From Deltaproteobacteria bacterium (lineage in GTDB: Bacteria; Myxococcota_A; Polyangia; Polyangiales; Houyiibacteriaceae), in contig JAXMNT010000021.1 of the NCBI GenBank assembly GCA_034670305.1, positions 57,762 through 121,761 of the forward strand: 64,000 nucleotides of DNA, written 5' to 3'. The stretch's first letter is position 1. Each line of letters opens with the position of its first letter. A program made the position numbers and the translations under genes. Below, in pieces: positions 44,874 to 53,981 of the stretch. The notes below the pieces were generated by a model. The model had not been told where the DNA came from and ran no database searches. It saw only the letters and a program-made list of their open reading frames with translations.

Positions 44874-47800
44874 TCAGCCGCCCATCAGGGTCCGCACGAC
44901 GCCGAGCTCGTGCGCGTCGGTGACGCTGGTCAGCGCGCGGTTCAGGACCCCGGCCACGTGCGCGCTCAGCATGCGCATGGCGCGCTCCGCGTCCTTCTTG
45001 CGGGTCATTCGCGTCGCCTGGAGAGAAATCAGCAGCGGATGTTCGCCGGCGATCTGCACCTCCCGAAGGTCCGCGTCGTAGGTGGCCAGGGTCTTCGAGC
45101 GCTTCTTGGCGACCACCACCCGCTGCACCACGTGGCTCAGTCCCAGGGTGTGCAGCTGTGCCAGCAGATGCGCGGCGAGTGGTTCGAGCGGGTGTGCCTT
45201 CACGCCCGCGCGCGCGCGTCGTCCCTTCGCCCGGCTCGGTTTGGGTGCGTCGGCGCGGGGCTTCGGATCGCGAAAGTCGATCCCGTGCATCTTCGCGTCG
45301 AACTTCTGGTCGAACGCCACGAGTTGCTGGTCCTCCGGCGCCTCGATGCGGTGTCCGAGCAGCTGGATGAATGTGCGCGCGAGCAGGCCTCCGTCGTCCA
45401 GCAGCACGAGCTCGTCGTAGGTCTTCGGCGGGGGCGCATCGGCCGGCCAGACCTGCAGCTTGTTCCGCACGAAGAGACCGACCGCGCTCATCAGATCCAG
45501 ATGCTTCGGGAAGAAACACGCGAAGCGCAGGTCCTCACCGATCTGCATCGCCCGCCAACCGGTCGCGATGCCGAGCGCCAGGTGGGCGTAGGCCGCTTCT
45601 TGGTCGGCCTTCTTGATCTTGCCTTCCGCGAGCCGTTTCGCCAGCGCGTTGAGGAGCGTTCGGTGGGCCGTCATCGCGAGCCGGTGCACGCCGTCTTTGC
45701 GCCGGGGCGCAGCCGACGCGAGCACGCGTCCTGAGATGGGCAACGCGTGTTCGTGGACCGGTTCGACTTCGCCCTGAAGCGCACCGGCGAGCTGGATGGC
45801 GCCCGGCTGGAGGCTGGGCGTGAGCCAGAAGCGACCGCGGGCGGCGCCGCCGTCAAAGATCTCACGGGCCTTCTTCCGGTCCAGCTTGCCAGACACCAAC
45901 GCGTCCTTCGGCACATCGCCGATCATCTCGGTCAGTCGGGTTTCAACCGCTTTGTCGACGCGTTCAAGCGCACGCTTCCGAACGTCGTCGGCGATCGCAC
46001 CACTCCACGTCCGGTTGGGCGTGAGCTTGGGATCGTTGAGCTTGGCGAGCACGGGCCAGTCGCTCTTCAGCGCCTCGTGCCCCAGGGGATGCATGTCGCG
46101 CAGGAGCAGGCACCCGGTGATCTGCCCACGCGCACGCCGGAGGATCGCCACGGAGGCGTCCGGATCCGAGAGCTCGAACACATCGAGCGCGTCGGCCCTC
46201 ACCGCCCGCTTGAAGCGCAGGCTGTCGTGGCGCGGACGGCTCTGGTTCTTTCGCGCTTCGTCGTCGAGCAACAGCTCGGTCCGACAATCGACGATGTGCG
46301 GCAGCGCGGTGCCGAGCGCGAGCCGGGTCTCTTCGTCCATGCGCAGTGCAAGCCGCTTCGGATCGAGAGGCAGCCGATGCGATTCGAGGTACGACTTCTC
46401 CGTGGTCACCCAGACATCGCCGAATCGCTTCAGCTGAGCGTGCACGTCGTTCATCGAGACCCACGCACCGGCGGTGGTCTGGAGCAGGAGCAGTTCGTCG
46501 TGTTCGCGGCGGGCGGGCACCCAACCATGCAAGAGCGCCAAGAGCATCGGGCGCCGGATCTCGTGGGGCAGCGCGTCGAACTGCGGCAACACCACGTCGA
46601 GCAGGAGTCGTTTGCCCATGGCGGAGATTCGCTTTTCGAGTCGGCGTTGGTCCGCCGAGTTCAGCCCCGCCTCGATGTCCTCGGCGAGCGCGCCGTGTTC
46701 GGTGACCGCGACGATCGGCACCGGCAGTTCGAGCTGCAGCGACGCGGTCATGCGGCCGTCGGAGTACACCTTGAGTCCCGCCGCGCCCTCGTACGACAGG
46801 CCGAGTTCGCCGAGTCCGAGTCCGACGAGTTGCCTCTCGTGCTTCACGAGGTCTTCGAAGTTCGCGACGAGGCGCCGGTCGATGCCGAGCGTCGGGCGCT
46901 GGGTCTTGCCGTGTTGGATGCGCCGCTCCGCCTGGAGATCGCGCACCGCGCGGGTGTGGTCGAAGGGGGTGCGGGGCGCGCCGAGCAACTCGAGCACTTC
47001 CTCGAGCACCTCCCCGCCCGCGTGCCCGTGGCGCCGGAGGATCGGGCGGTCGAGCACATGGTCGTCGTCCAGCGGGCCGAGCCACGTGCCGTCGAATTGG
47101 GCGACCCGGATCCGGGAACGCGTGGATGCGTCTTCGACACTCGCGCGCCCGCCCTGGATGGTCTCGAAGATCGGGAGCTGCGCGAACTCGGTCAGGGCAC
47201 GCTTGCCTTTCTTCGCGCTGTCTTCGCGCAGCCAGCGTACGAAACAGGTGGCGACGCGCGCATCGGTCACGAGCCGCTCGGGCGACTGGCGGCCGATGGC
47301 CAAGAGCAACTGGTGGATGTTGCGACGCACCCGCCGGGCGAGCGTTGCGAGGCCGACGGTCGTCGCCTGGTCGAAGCCACGTGTGCCATCTTCGGAATCG
47401 AAGTAGAGGTGCGCGTGGACCGGGTAGTCGTCGGGTGCACCGATGCTCCCGAACGGGCGTGCGTCCGCGAAGACCTCGATCTCCATGCCACCCCCCGCGG
47501 GCGCGAGACGCAACGTGCCGTCGAGCTTGCCTTTGAGGACCACGCCGTCGGGTCCTGGCTCGGTGCGGGCGACCTGACTCTGGTTGTAGTGGGTCCGCCG
47601 CGCGCGCTCTTGCTCCGCCTCGCGCTGCATGCGCTCGATCTGTCCCTGGGCGTCGGAGATGCCTCGCCCACAGAGCCGGCCCACCGCTTCGACGACTTCG
47701 AGCGGCGCGCATACCGGGTTCCAGTCCGCGAGCTCCACCCCGCGCACCACCTGCTCCGGGAGCAGGTAGCGGAGCACACCGCGATCGGGCCGAACGTCGT

Positions 47801-50417
47801 TGAGCGAAGCGTACCCGCGCACCTGCGGCACGATCTTCAGGTCCGAGAACGTCTCCCACCGCGTCACGCCAAGCGCGCGCCGGAATCCTTTTCGGGCGGA
47901 CACCGCCTGCAGCAGTTCGAGGTGCAGCCGGCGCAGGTGTTCCAGCCGCCCGTCGCACTCGAGCCCATCGACCGACGCGCCGCCGAGGGCATCGATCACC
48001 GCACAGACGAGCTGCCACTCCCACTTGTGCAGGTTCGGCTTCTTGTCCGGCTCGACCGCGACCCCGTCCCAGTTCTCCGTCGGCACGATGGAGTCGTCGT
48101 CCACCCACACGAACGTTTTGAGGAAACGGCTCTCGTGGGGTTGGGGCGGACCAAGAACCCGGCCCCGATGCATCTGCACGAACATGGAGCTCGTCGACCA
48201 TCCGATGACGCCCCGGCGGCCCTCTTCGTCGATGCGCAGCCGGACCGGAGCGACGCCATTGCGCAGCCGCCGCTCCCAGCCGGTGCGCGTCGGTTTGGGG
48301 GTGTAGGGGACGAGGGTCGCCTCGCTGAGCAAGGTCCGCATCAACGCGGGGTCGACCGCCTCGGTGTAGACGCCGAGACGGCCCCGCGGGGGCAAGAGGC
48401 TCTCGTCGGCGGGCAGCACCAGCAGAGGTCGCGACTCCGAGTGCAGATCCGAAAGGGTCCGCCACTGGAAGCCCTCGTCGCCACACAGCCGCCAGACCGG
48501 AAGGCGGCCGAGTGCGCCCTTCCGGAACAGATCCCGAATGGCCGCGGCGTTTGCGCTCAATCCGAGGGCATGTTCTGCAAAGGCTACCTGCGCGGACCGA
48601 AAGAGCGGCCGCCACGCGTCGAGTTGCTCTGCGACGTACGCCTCGGCATCGTTCGAAGCGCGCAGACGCAGCGTCTTCGCGAGGTCGCGTTTCGGACGGC
48701 GACAGAGGGCGGCGAGCTGTTCGATCGCGACGAGGGCGGCGGTATGGCCGGCCTGGACGGCGGAGGCGAACGCCTCGTCGTGCAACACGTCGTCGTAGGC
48801 GGGCGTCGGAATCAAAGTTTCGCATGTGACCACGGCTTCGAACGGCCAGACCGATTCGACCGTCGCGACGCAGATCGGGCGCCCTTCACGCAACATCGTG
48901 ATGCGCCCGGTGCCGGCGAACCGTCGACCGACGCGCAACGGATCGAGCAGACACACTTCGCTCGCGCCGATGCGATGAGACCACTGTTCGCCTGGGAGCT
49001 GGGACTGGACCCGGCGCGTCTCGCCGCCGAAGCGGAGCGAGAGCACCTGGCTGGCGCCCCGCTCGATCTCCGGGGCGCGGATCTCGTGTTTCAACCATTT
49101 GCGTCGTGCGTCCAGTTGTTGGCGAGCGTCCCGAATGATCTGCCGACTCGCGCCCTTGGAGGCGGTCGGATAGAGCAGCGCCGCCGGGTCACCGGGCGGC
49201 ACCCAAGGCATGCCGGGAAGAAAGGGCGCGACCTCCGCTTCGAGTGGTTCGCGCCCGAAGTGCACGCCCCCCTGGCCACCGCTGAGCGACGCGAACGAAC
49301 CGGGGCTGCCGGTCGCGTCCTTGAGCAGCGGTGCGGTGGCGACTCGGCGGAGCCAGTCGGGCATGCCGGCGTCGCCGCGCCTCGACTGATTCCACGCGAG
49401 TGCGTGGAGGAGCGCGGTGCGGAGCTTGGTCCGATAGGGCTCGGCGGTCGTTTCGTCGAGGCAGCGGGTGACCGCGGAGTCGATCAACTTCTCGATCAGC
49501 GCGGTGCCCATCTCGACGGCTTCGCGCACCGGGGACTCCTCGGTGCGCACGATCGAGCGCGACGCGTTGGTCGGCAGACGGGCGGAGTCCACGAAGATTC
49601 GGATCGGGAGTGGGATGGTCGGCGCCTGCCACTGCGATGGCTCCACCGGCAAGACCAAGCGCTGAAGCACGACGCCGTATTCGGCGGCGTCGAAGGTGAT
49701 GCCTGCCCGCTGTCCGGGGAACGCGGGGTCGGTGAGCGCGACGAAGCCCTCGAGCCCATCGGTCAGCGGCAATCGGAGCAGGTCCCGATGGCTGGTCTCG
49801 CGCGAGTACAACCGCCCCTGGATCTCAACCGGAACCAGCGGGTCCTCGCACGCGGCGCGAAGCACTTCGACTTCAGGCGGAAGACTCCCGCCGAGAAACC
49901 GCCCGACCATCTGGAAGTCGACCCGCCGTCGGACGTGCACCACGCCGCCGTCGTCCGTGGCGCCAAGCGGGGTCGGGGCGGACTCGAGGTCGAGCGCCGG
50001 TGCGTCGTCGTCCGCCGCGGCGTCGAACACCTTGGACGTGTAGCGCACCCGATGCGCTTCCCCGCCTTCGATCCGGTACACGTCGATGAACCGTGGCTCG
50101 AGTCCGAGGGCGGTGTTGATGCCGATCGCGAGCAACCGGATCGGTCGACGTTCTTTGACCGGGGACGGACTGACGAGTTCGTCGAGCAGCGCCGGTAGAT
50201 CCTCCGCATCGATCGACGGACCGGTCCACCGGATCCACACGTCGTCGGCGTCGGCGCTGACCACGATCTTCTCCGCGCCGAGCCCGACCAGACCGCGCAC
50301 GACTTCGAGCGTCCACTGCAGCGGGTTGGGCAGCTGGTACTCCCGCAACTTCGCCACGGCGCGCCGGGCATCGACCCGAAGATGCCCTCTCCCGATGCGC
50401 CGGCCCGGACTGCTCAC
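44874..50417 (-). CDS. 1847-aa Hsp90-related protein: degenerate GHKL domain plus repeated middle-domain-like units
   Basis: N-terminus aligns with the neighbouring GHKL ATPase but lacks its nucleotide motifs; IFVDSARLPTNASR resembles Hsp90 VVDSEDLPLNISR. Confidence 0.8.
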   Translation of the reverse strand: MSSPGRRIGRGHLRVDARRAVAKLREYQLPNPLQWTLEVVRGLVGLGAEKIVVSADADDVWIRWTGPSIDAEDLPALLDELVSPSPVKERRPIRLLAIGINTALGLEPRFIDVYRIEGGEAHRVRYTSKVFDAAADDDAPALDLESAPTPLGATDDGGVVHVRRRVDFQMVGRFLGGSLPPEVEVLRAACEDPLVPVEIQGRLYSRETSHRDLLRLPLTDGLEGFVALTDPAFPGQRAGITFDAAEYGVVLQRLVLPVEPSQWQAPTIPLPIRIFVDSARLPTNASRSIVRTEESPVREAVEMGTALIEKLIDSAVTRCLDETTAEPYRTKLRTALLHALAWNQSRRGDAGMPDWLRRVATAPLLKDATGSPGSFASLSGGQGGVHFGREPLEAEVAPFLPGMPWVPPGDPAALLYPTASKGASRQIIRDARQQLDARRKWLKHEIRAPEIERGASQVLSLRFGGETRRVQSQLPGEQWSHRIGASEVCLLDPLRVGRRFAGTGRITMLREGRPICVATVESVWPFEAVVTCETLIPTPAYDDVLHDEAFASAVQAGHTAALVAIEQLAALCRRPKRDLAKTLRLRASNDAEAYVAEQLDAWRPLFRSAQVAFAEHALGLSANAAAIRDLFRKGALGRLPVWRLCGDEGFQWRTLSDLHSESRPLLVLPADESLLPPRGRLGVYTEAVDPALMRTLLSEATLVPYTPKPTRTGWERRLRNGVAPVRLRIDEEGRRGVIGWSTSSMFVQMHRGRVLGPPQPHESRFLKTFVWVDDDSIVPTENWDGVAVEPDKKPNLHKWEWQLVCAVIDALGGASVDGLECDGRLEHLRRLHLELLQAVSARKGFRRALGVTRWETFSDLKIVPQVRGYASLNDVRPDRGVLRYLLPEQVVRGVELADWNPVCAPLEVVEAVGRLCGRGISDAQGQIERMQREAEQERARRTHYNQSQVARTEPGPDGVVLKGKLDGTLRLAPAGGGMEIEVFADARPFGSIGAPDDYPVHAHLYFDSEDGTRGFDQATTVGLATLARRVRRNIHQLLLAIGRQSPERLVTDARVATCFVRWLREDSAKKGKRALTEFAQLPIFETIQGGRASVEDASTRSRIRVAQFDGTWLGPLDDDHVLDRPILRRHGHAGGEVLEEVLELLGAPRTPFDHTRAVRDLQAERRIQHGKTQRPTLGIDRRLVANFEDLVKHERQLVGLGLGELGLSYEGAAGLKVYSDGRMTASLQLELPVPIVAVTEHGALAEDIEAGLNSADQRRLEKRISAMGKRLLLDVVLPQFDALPHEIRRPMLLALLHGWVPARREHDELLLLQTTAGAWVSMNDVHAQLKRFGDVWVTTEKSYLESHRLPLDPKRLALRMDEETRLALGTALPHIVDCRTELLLDDEARKNQSRPRHDSLRFKRAVRADALDVFELSDPDASVAILRRARGQITGCLLLRDMHPLGHEALKSDWPVLAKLNDPKLTPNRTWSGAIADDVRKRALERVDKAVETRLTEMIGDVPKDALVSGKLDRKKAREIFDGGAARGRFWLTPSLQPGAIQLAGALQGEVEPVHEHALPISGRVLASAAPRRKDGVHRLAMTAHRTLLNALAKRLAEGKIKKADQEAAYAHLALGIATGWRAMQIGEDLRFACFFPKHLDLMSAVGLFVRNKLQVWPADAPPPKTYDELVLLDDGGLLARTFIQLLGHRIEAPEDQQLVAFDQKFDAKMHGIDFRDPKPRADAPKPSRAKGRRARAGVKAHPLEPLAAHLLAQLHTLGLSHVVQRVVVAKKRSKTLATYDADLREVQIAGEHPLLISLQATRMTRKKDAERAMRMLSAHVAGVLNRALTSVTDAHELGVVRTLMGG

Positions 50418-50427
50418 GACCGGCCTT

Positions 50428-52107
50428 TCACGACGGCGCCCGGGAGGTGAGTGCTTCGGCGAGGGCCCATTCGGTCATGGCTTCGTCGAGCCCGTCGTCG
50501 AGGTCTTCGCGGTCGAGCGCAATCTCTCGCGCGAGCAACGTGGCGGCCAGCAGCGGGTCGTCTTCGGCAAGCGCCAGGGCACGCGTCGTCGCAGCGTGCG
50601 TGACGTTGAGCAGCAGCCCGGGCCGGCGCAACATCCGGAAGGGGTTGGCGTCCAGCGTGCCTTCGGTGACCCAGGGCGCGCCGTCGACTTTGCCGCCGCC
50701 GAGAAGCCGGTTCGCATGCGCGCCGTGGAAGGCGACGAGCTGAATGCCTGCAGGCGACCGCCAACTCGCCGCGAAGAGCGCGGCGAGTCGATCCAGCAAC
50801 AGCAGCGCGTTCTCCGGAGGGGACGCCATGGGGACGACGAGCGTGTAGCTGCTGCGCGCATCCTCGAGGTCGAGCTCCGTCAGGTACTGGGTGGGGCCGC
50901 GTGCAAGTCCGCGCCCCGGGCTCGCATCCACGACCTGAACCCCGCGCTCGGCGAGCGCATGGCTCAGCGCCGTCTCGTATGCCGACCCAACCGCACTGCG
51001 TGCGAGCTCCTTGCGCGCAAACACGCGTCGTTTGGCGCCCAAGTGCAGAAGCCGAACCGGAAGCCGGGACACAGGAATCGAGAGCGGCGCGCTGGGATGC
51101 ACCACCCGCGCGAGCAAACCCGCGTACCGGTGGTCGTCGCCCGCCTCCAGCGCTCGGCGCATCGTGGAGAGCACCGCCGGAACGAGGTGATCTTCGTACA
51201 CGTCGCGGACTTTGCGGAGCACATCGTTGAACGCCGCGTCGCGCCGGACGTTGTCGCGGCTGAGGGTGTGTTCGAGCCGAATGTCTTGCACCTTGAAGTG
51301 CAGCGCGCCGGTGGGGATCAGCGCCGGGTCCTGCAGGGTGGTCTCGAAGAGTGTGAGTCCGTGGTTGAAGAACCCTGCATACCCGGTGGGGTCTTTCGGC
51401 ACACCGAGCACGATGCGCGTGGTGCCGACGGTCATGTCGATCTGGGCCAGACACTCCGGGAGTCCAATCGGTTCGTCGATGCGCGACTGGTCGAGATCGG
51501 CGTCTCCGTCCGCGTCTTCGCCCGCGTCTTTCTGGAGCACCCCTTGGGCGACCTGGAACCAGATCGGAATCGCGGCGTGTCGACACCACGTGCGCAGCGA
51601 AGCCTTGGAGCGCTCGATGAACTCGGACGCGTCGAGCGCCGGCAGGTCCAGACTCACCGTCGTGCCCGCCGGCGCGCTGCGGGAGACTTCGAAGAGATCG
51701 TACCGGTGGTCGGAGAACAGGTGCATGGTCCACACGGCGCCGTCGCCGCGCGACGTCTCGACTGTGACCTTCTCGGGGTGGAGCGCGAGCACGCTGACGA
51801 ACCCGACGCCGAACTTGCCGATCGCGTCGGTGCGACCTTCTTTGCCACTGCGGAAGAGCACGAGCAGTTTGTTCTCGAGCACTTCGGGGTTCATGCCTTC
51901 GCCGTCGTCCCGCACCGAGACGCGGACCCCGCCCGAGGCGCGCGGGCGCACGAGGACTTTGACCTCCGAAGTGCCCGCGTCGATCGCGTTCTGCACGAGC
52001 TCTCGGTAGAACGCGTAGGGATCGGCGAACTGTTGAACGAGCTCGCCCACGATGCCGTCGTCGACGTGTTCGCGCGCCGCGTCCGATTCGTGTTTGCGAT
52101 ACGGCAC
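50428..52107 (-). CDS. Hsp90-like GHKL ATPase (HATPase_c_3 type)
   Basis: RELVQNAIDAG, DDGEGM, FRSGK, IGKFGVGF, GTTV and LEHTLSRD motifs. GTG 52107 has TACCAT 8 nt upstream. Confidence 0.88.
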   Translation of the reverse strand: MPYRKHESDAAREHVDDGIVGELVQQFADPYAFYRELVQNAIDAGTSEVKVLVRPRASGGVRVSVRDDGEGMNPEVLENKLLVLFRSGKEGRTDAIGKFGVGFVSVLALHPEKVTVETSRGDGAVWTMHLFSDHRYDLFEVSRSAPAGTTVSLDLPALDASEFIERSKASLRTWCRHAAIPIWFQVAQGVLQKDAGEDADGDADLDQSRIDEPIGLPECLAQIDMTVGTTRIVLGVPKDPTGYAGFFNHGLTLFETTLQDPALIPTGALHFKVQDIRLEHTLSRDNVRRDAAFNDVLRKVRDVYEDHLVPAVLSTMRRALEAGDDHRYAGLLARVVHPSAPLSIPVSRLPVRLLHLGAKRRVFARKELARSAVGSAYETALSHALAERGVQVVDASPGRGLARGPTQYLTELDLEDARSSYTLVVPMASPPENALLLLDRLAALFAASWRSPAGIQLVAFHGAHANRLLGGGKVDGAPWVTEGTLDANPFRMLRRPGLLLNVTHAATTRALALAEDDPLLAATLLAREIALDREDLDDGLDEAMTEWALAEALTSRAPS

Positions 52108-52322
52108 GGCTCGGAATGGTACACGAGCCACGCGCGCTGGCCGCCGGACAAAACGTGACCCTGGCATCGGATCCTCGTCGTCGGCTCACGCGATCCAAGG
52201 TTTCGGTGAGCCCGTGGTTTCAGTGCCACCGCTTCCGATCTGGTCGGGGGCCGATCTGCGTCCGCCGACCGCTCACCGTCGTGAGAATCGCGTAGGATGC
52301 GCGCACGGAAGAGGGGGAGCGG

Positions 52323-53981
52323 ATGAGCGGAAGTCTTCGATGGGTTGGGTTCGGGATTGCGGCGGCGTTGCTGGCGGCGGGACTGGGACCGGAACGGGCC
52401 CAGGCGTTCTGCGGCTTCTACGTCGCGGGTGGCAACGCGGAGCTCTTCGCGGACGCGACCTCGGTGGTGATGATGCGCGAGGGCACGACCACCGTGCTCT
52501 CCATGCAGAACGACTACCGCGGTCCACCCGAGAACTTCGCGCTCGTCGTGCCGGTCCCCGAGGTGCTCGACGAGACCCGCGTCAAGACGCTCCCGCGCGA
52601 GGTGTTCGCCCGCGTCGACCAGCTCGCGTCGCCCCGGCTCGTCGAGTACTGGGAGCAGGACCCTTGTGCGCCGGCGGTGCACCGGCATCCGCGGCGCATG
52701 AGGATGCGCAGCGCCGGCTCGGGCATGCGCGGGGCACCGACGGGCGCTGCGGACCTCGGTGTCACGGTCGAGGCGGAGTTCGCGGTGGGCGAGTACCAGA
52801 TCGTCATTCTCTCCGCGGAAGACTCGAGCGGTCTCGACACGTGGCTTCGTCAGGAGGGCTACAACATCCCTGCGGGCGCCGAGCCGCGCCTGCGCCCCTA
52901 CGTCGAAGGGGGATCGAAGTTCTTCGTCGCACGGGTCGATGTCTCGAAGGTGACCTTCGGCGAAGAAGGCATCGCACAGCTCTCCCCGTTGCGCGTGCAC
53001 TACACGAGCGAGCGTTTCGAGCTCCCGATCCGGCTCGGTCTCGTGAACGCCGGCGGGGCACAGGACCTCATCGTACATGTGCTCGCGCGCAACCAGCGCT
53101 ACGAGCTCGCCAACCGCCCGAACGTGACCATCCCCACCAACCTCGACGTCACCGAGTCGGTGCGGGAACGGTTCGGTCCGTTCTACGTGGCGCTCTTCGA
53201 CGAGACGGTGCGGCAGAACCCGAACGCGGTGGTGACCGAGTACGCGTGGCAGGCGACCAACTGCGACCCCTGCCCGGGCCCGGTGCTGAGCATGCAGGAT
53301 CTCACCACGCTCGGCGCCGACGTGGTCGCGCCTGGACAGGCCGTGGCGCCTTCTCCCGGCGGACCTCCAGGCCGCCCCGGCCCAGGACGCAGGTTCCGGC
53401 GCAGCCGTGGCTGGGGCAGCAACTTCGTGCTCACCCGGCTGCATGCCCGCTACACCGCCGACGCGGTCGAAGACGACCTGGTCTTCCGGGCCGCCGAACC
53501 GATCGTCGGCGGACGCGAGTTCCTCAACGACGCCGACCACCTCGAAGAGGGCGCCCGCCCGTCGCACGCGAACAACTTCCAGGGCCGCTACGCGATCCGC
53601 CACCCGTGGGAGGGACCGATCGCCTGCGAAGCGCCGATCCGAAACCGCTGGGGTGGTCCGCCGGCCGGCACCGAGACGCCTGGCACCGCGACGGCACAGA
53701 ACCTCGCGTACGCGCCGCGCGGCTCGGTGCGTTTGCCCGAAGTCGTGCGTTCGCCGATCCCCGAACTCGGCCTGACCGGCACCGATGTCGCGGCGACCGC
53801 TGCTGCGGGCGCGGTGCTGGGTGGAGGGCTCGAAGCCGCCGCGGCGGATGACATCCCTGACCCGCCCGAGGGCGACGAAGCCGCCGGCTGCGGCTGTCGG
53901 ACCGGGTCCGGTGCGCATGGGTTGTGGTTCGGCGCGTTGGCGCTCTTGTGGGGCGCGCGGCGCCGGGGAGAGGTTCGATGA
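52323..53981 (+). CDS. DUF2330 domain protein with MYXO-CTERM sorting signal
   Basis: AFCGFYV, LSMQNDYRGP, TEYAW...CDPC and LTRLH motifs; tail GCGCRT + hydrophobic + RRR. Confidence 0.88.
   Translation: MSGSLRWVGFGIAAALLAAGLGPERAQAFCGFYVAGGNAELFADATSVVMMREGTTTVLSMQNDYRGPPENFALVVPVPEVLDETRVKTLPREVFARVDQLASPRLVEYWEQDPCAPAVHRHPRRMRMRSAGSGMRGAPTGAADLGVTVEAEFAVGEYQIVILSAEDSSGLDTWLRQEGYNIPAGAEPRLRPYVEGGSKFFVARVDVSKVTFGEEGIAQLSPLRVHYTSERFELPIRLGLVNAGGAQDLIVHVLARNQRYELANRPNVTIPTNLDVTESVRERFGPFYVALFDETVRQNPNAVVTEYAWQATNCDPCPGPVLSMQDLTTLGADVVAPGQAVAPSPGGPPGRPGPGRRFRRSRGWGSNFVLTRLHARYTADAVEDDLVFRAAEPIVGGREFLNDADHLEEGARPSHANNFQGRYAIRHPWEGPIACEAPIRNRWGGPPAGTETPGTATAQNLAYAPRGSVRLPEVVRSPIPELGLTGTDVAATAAAGAVLGGGLEAAAADDIPDPPEGDEAAGCGCRTGSGAHGLWFGALALLWGARRRGEVR

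Noticed and set aside
45747-50198. 1483-aa plus-strand ORF
   Set aside because: Antisense shadow of the 1847-aa gene; no motifs, and long stop-free antisense frames are expected at this GC content.
50428-52107. Housekeeping htpG call
   Set aside because: Divergent beyond the N-domain and coupled to a pseudo-ATPase; symbol withheld.
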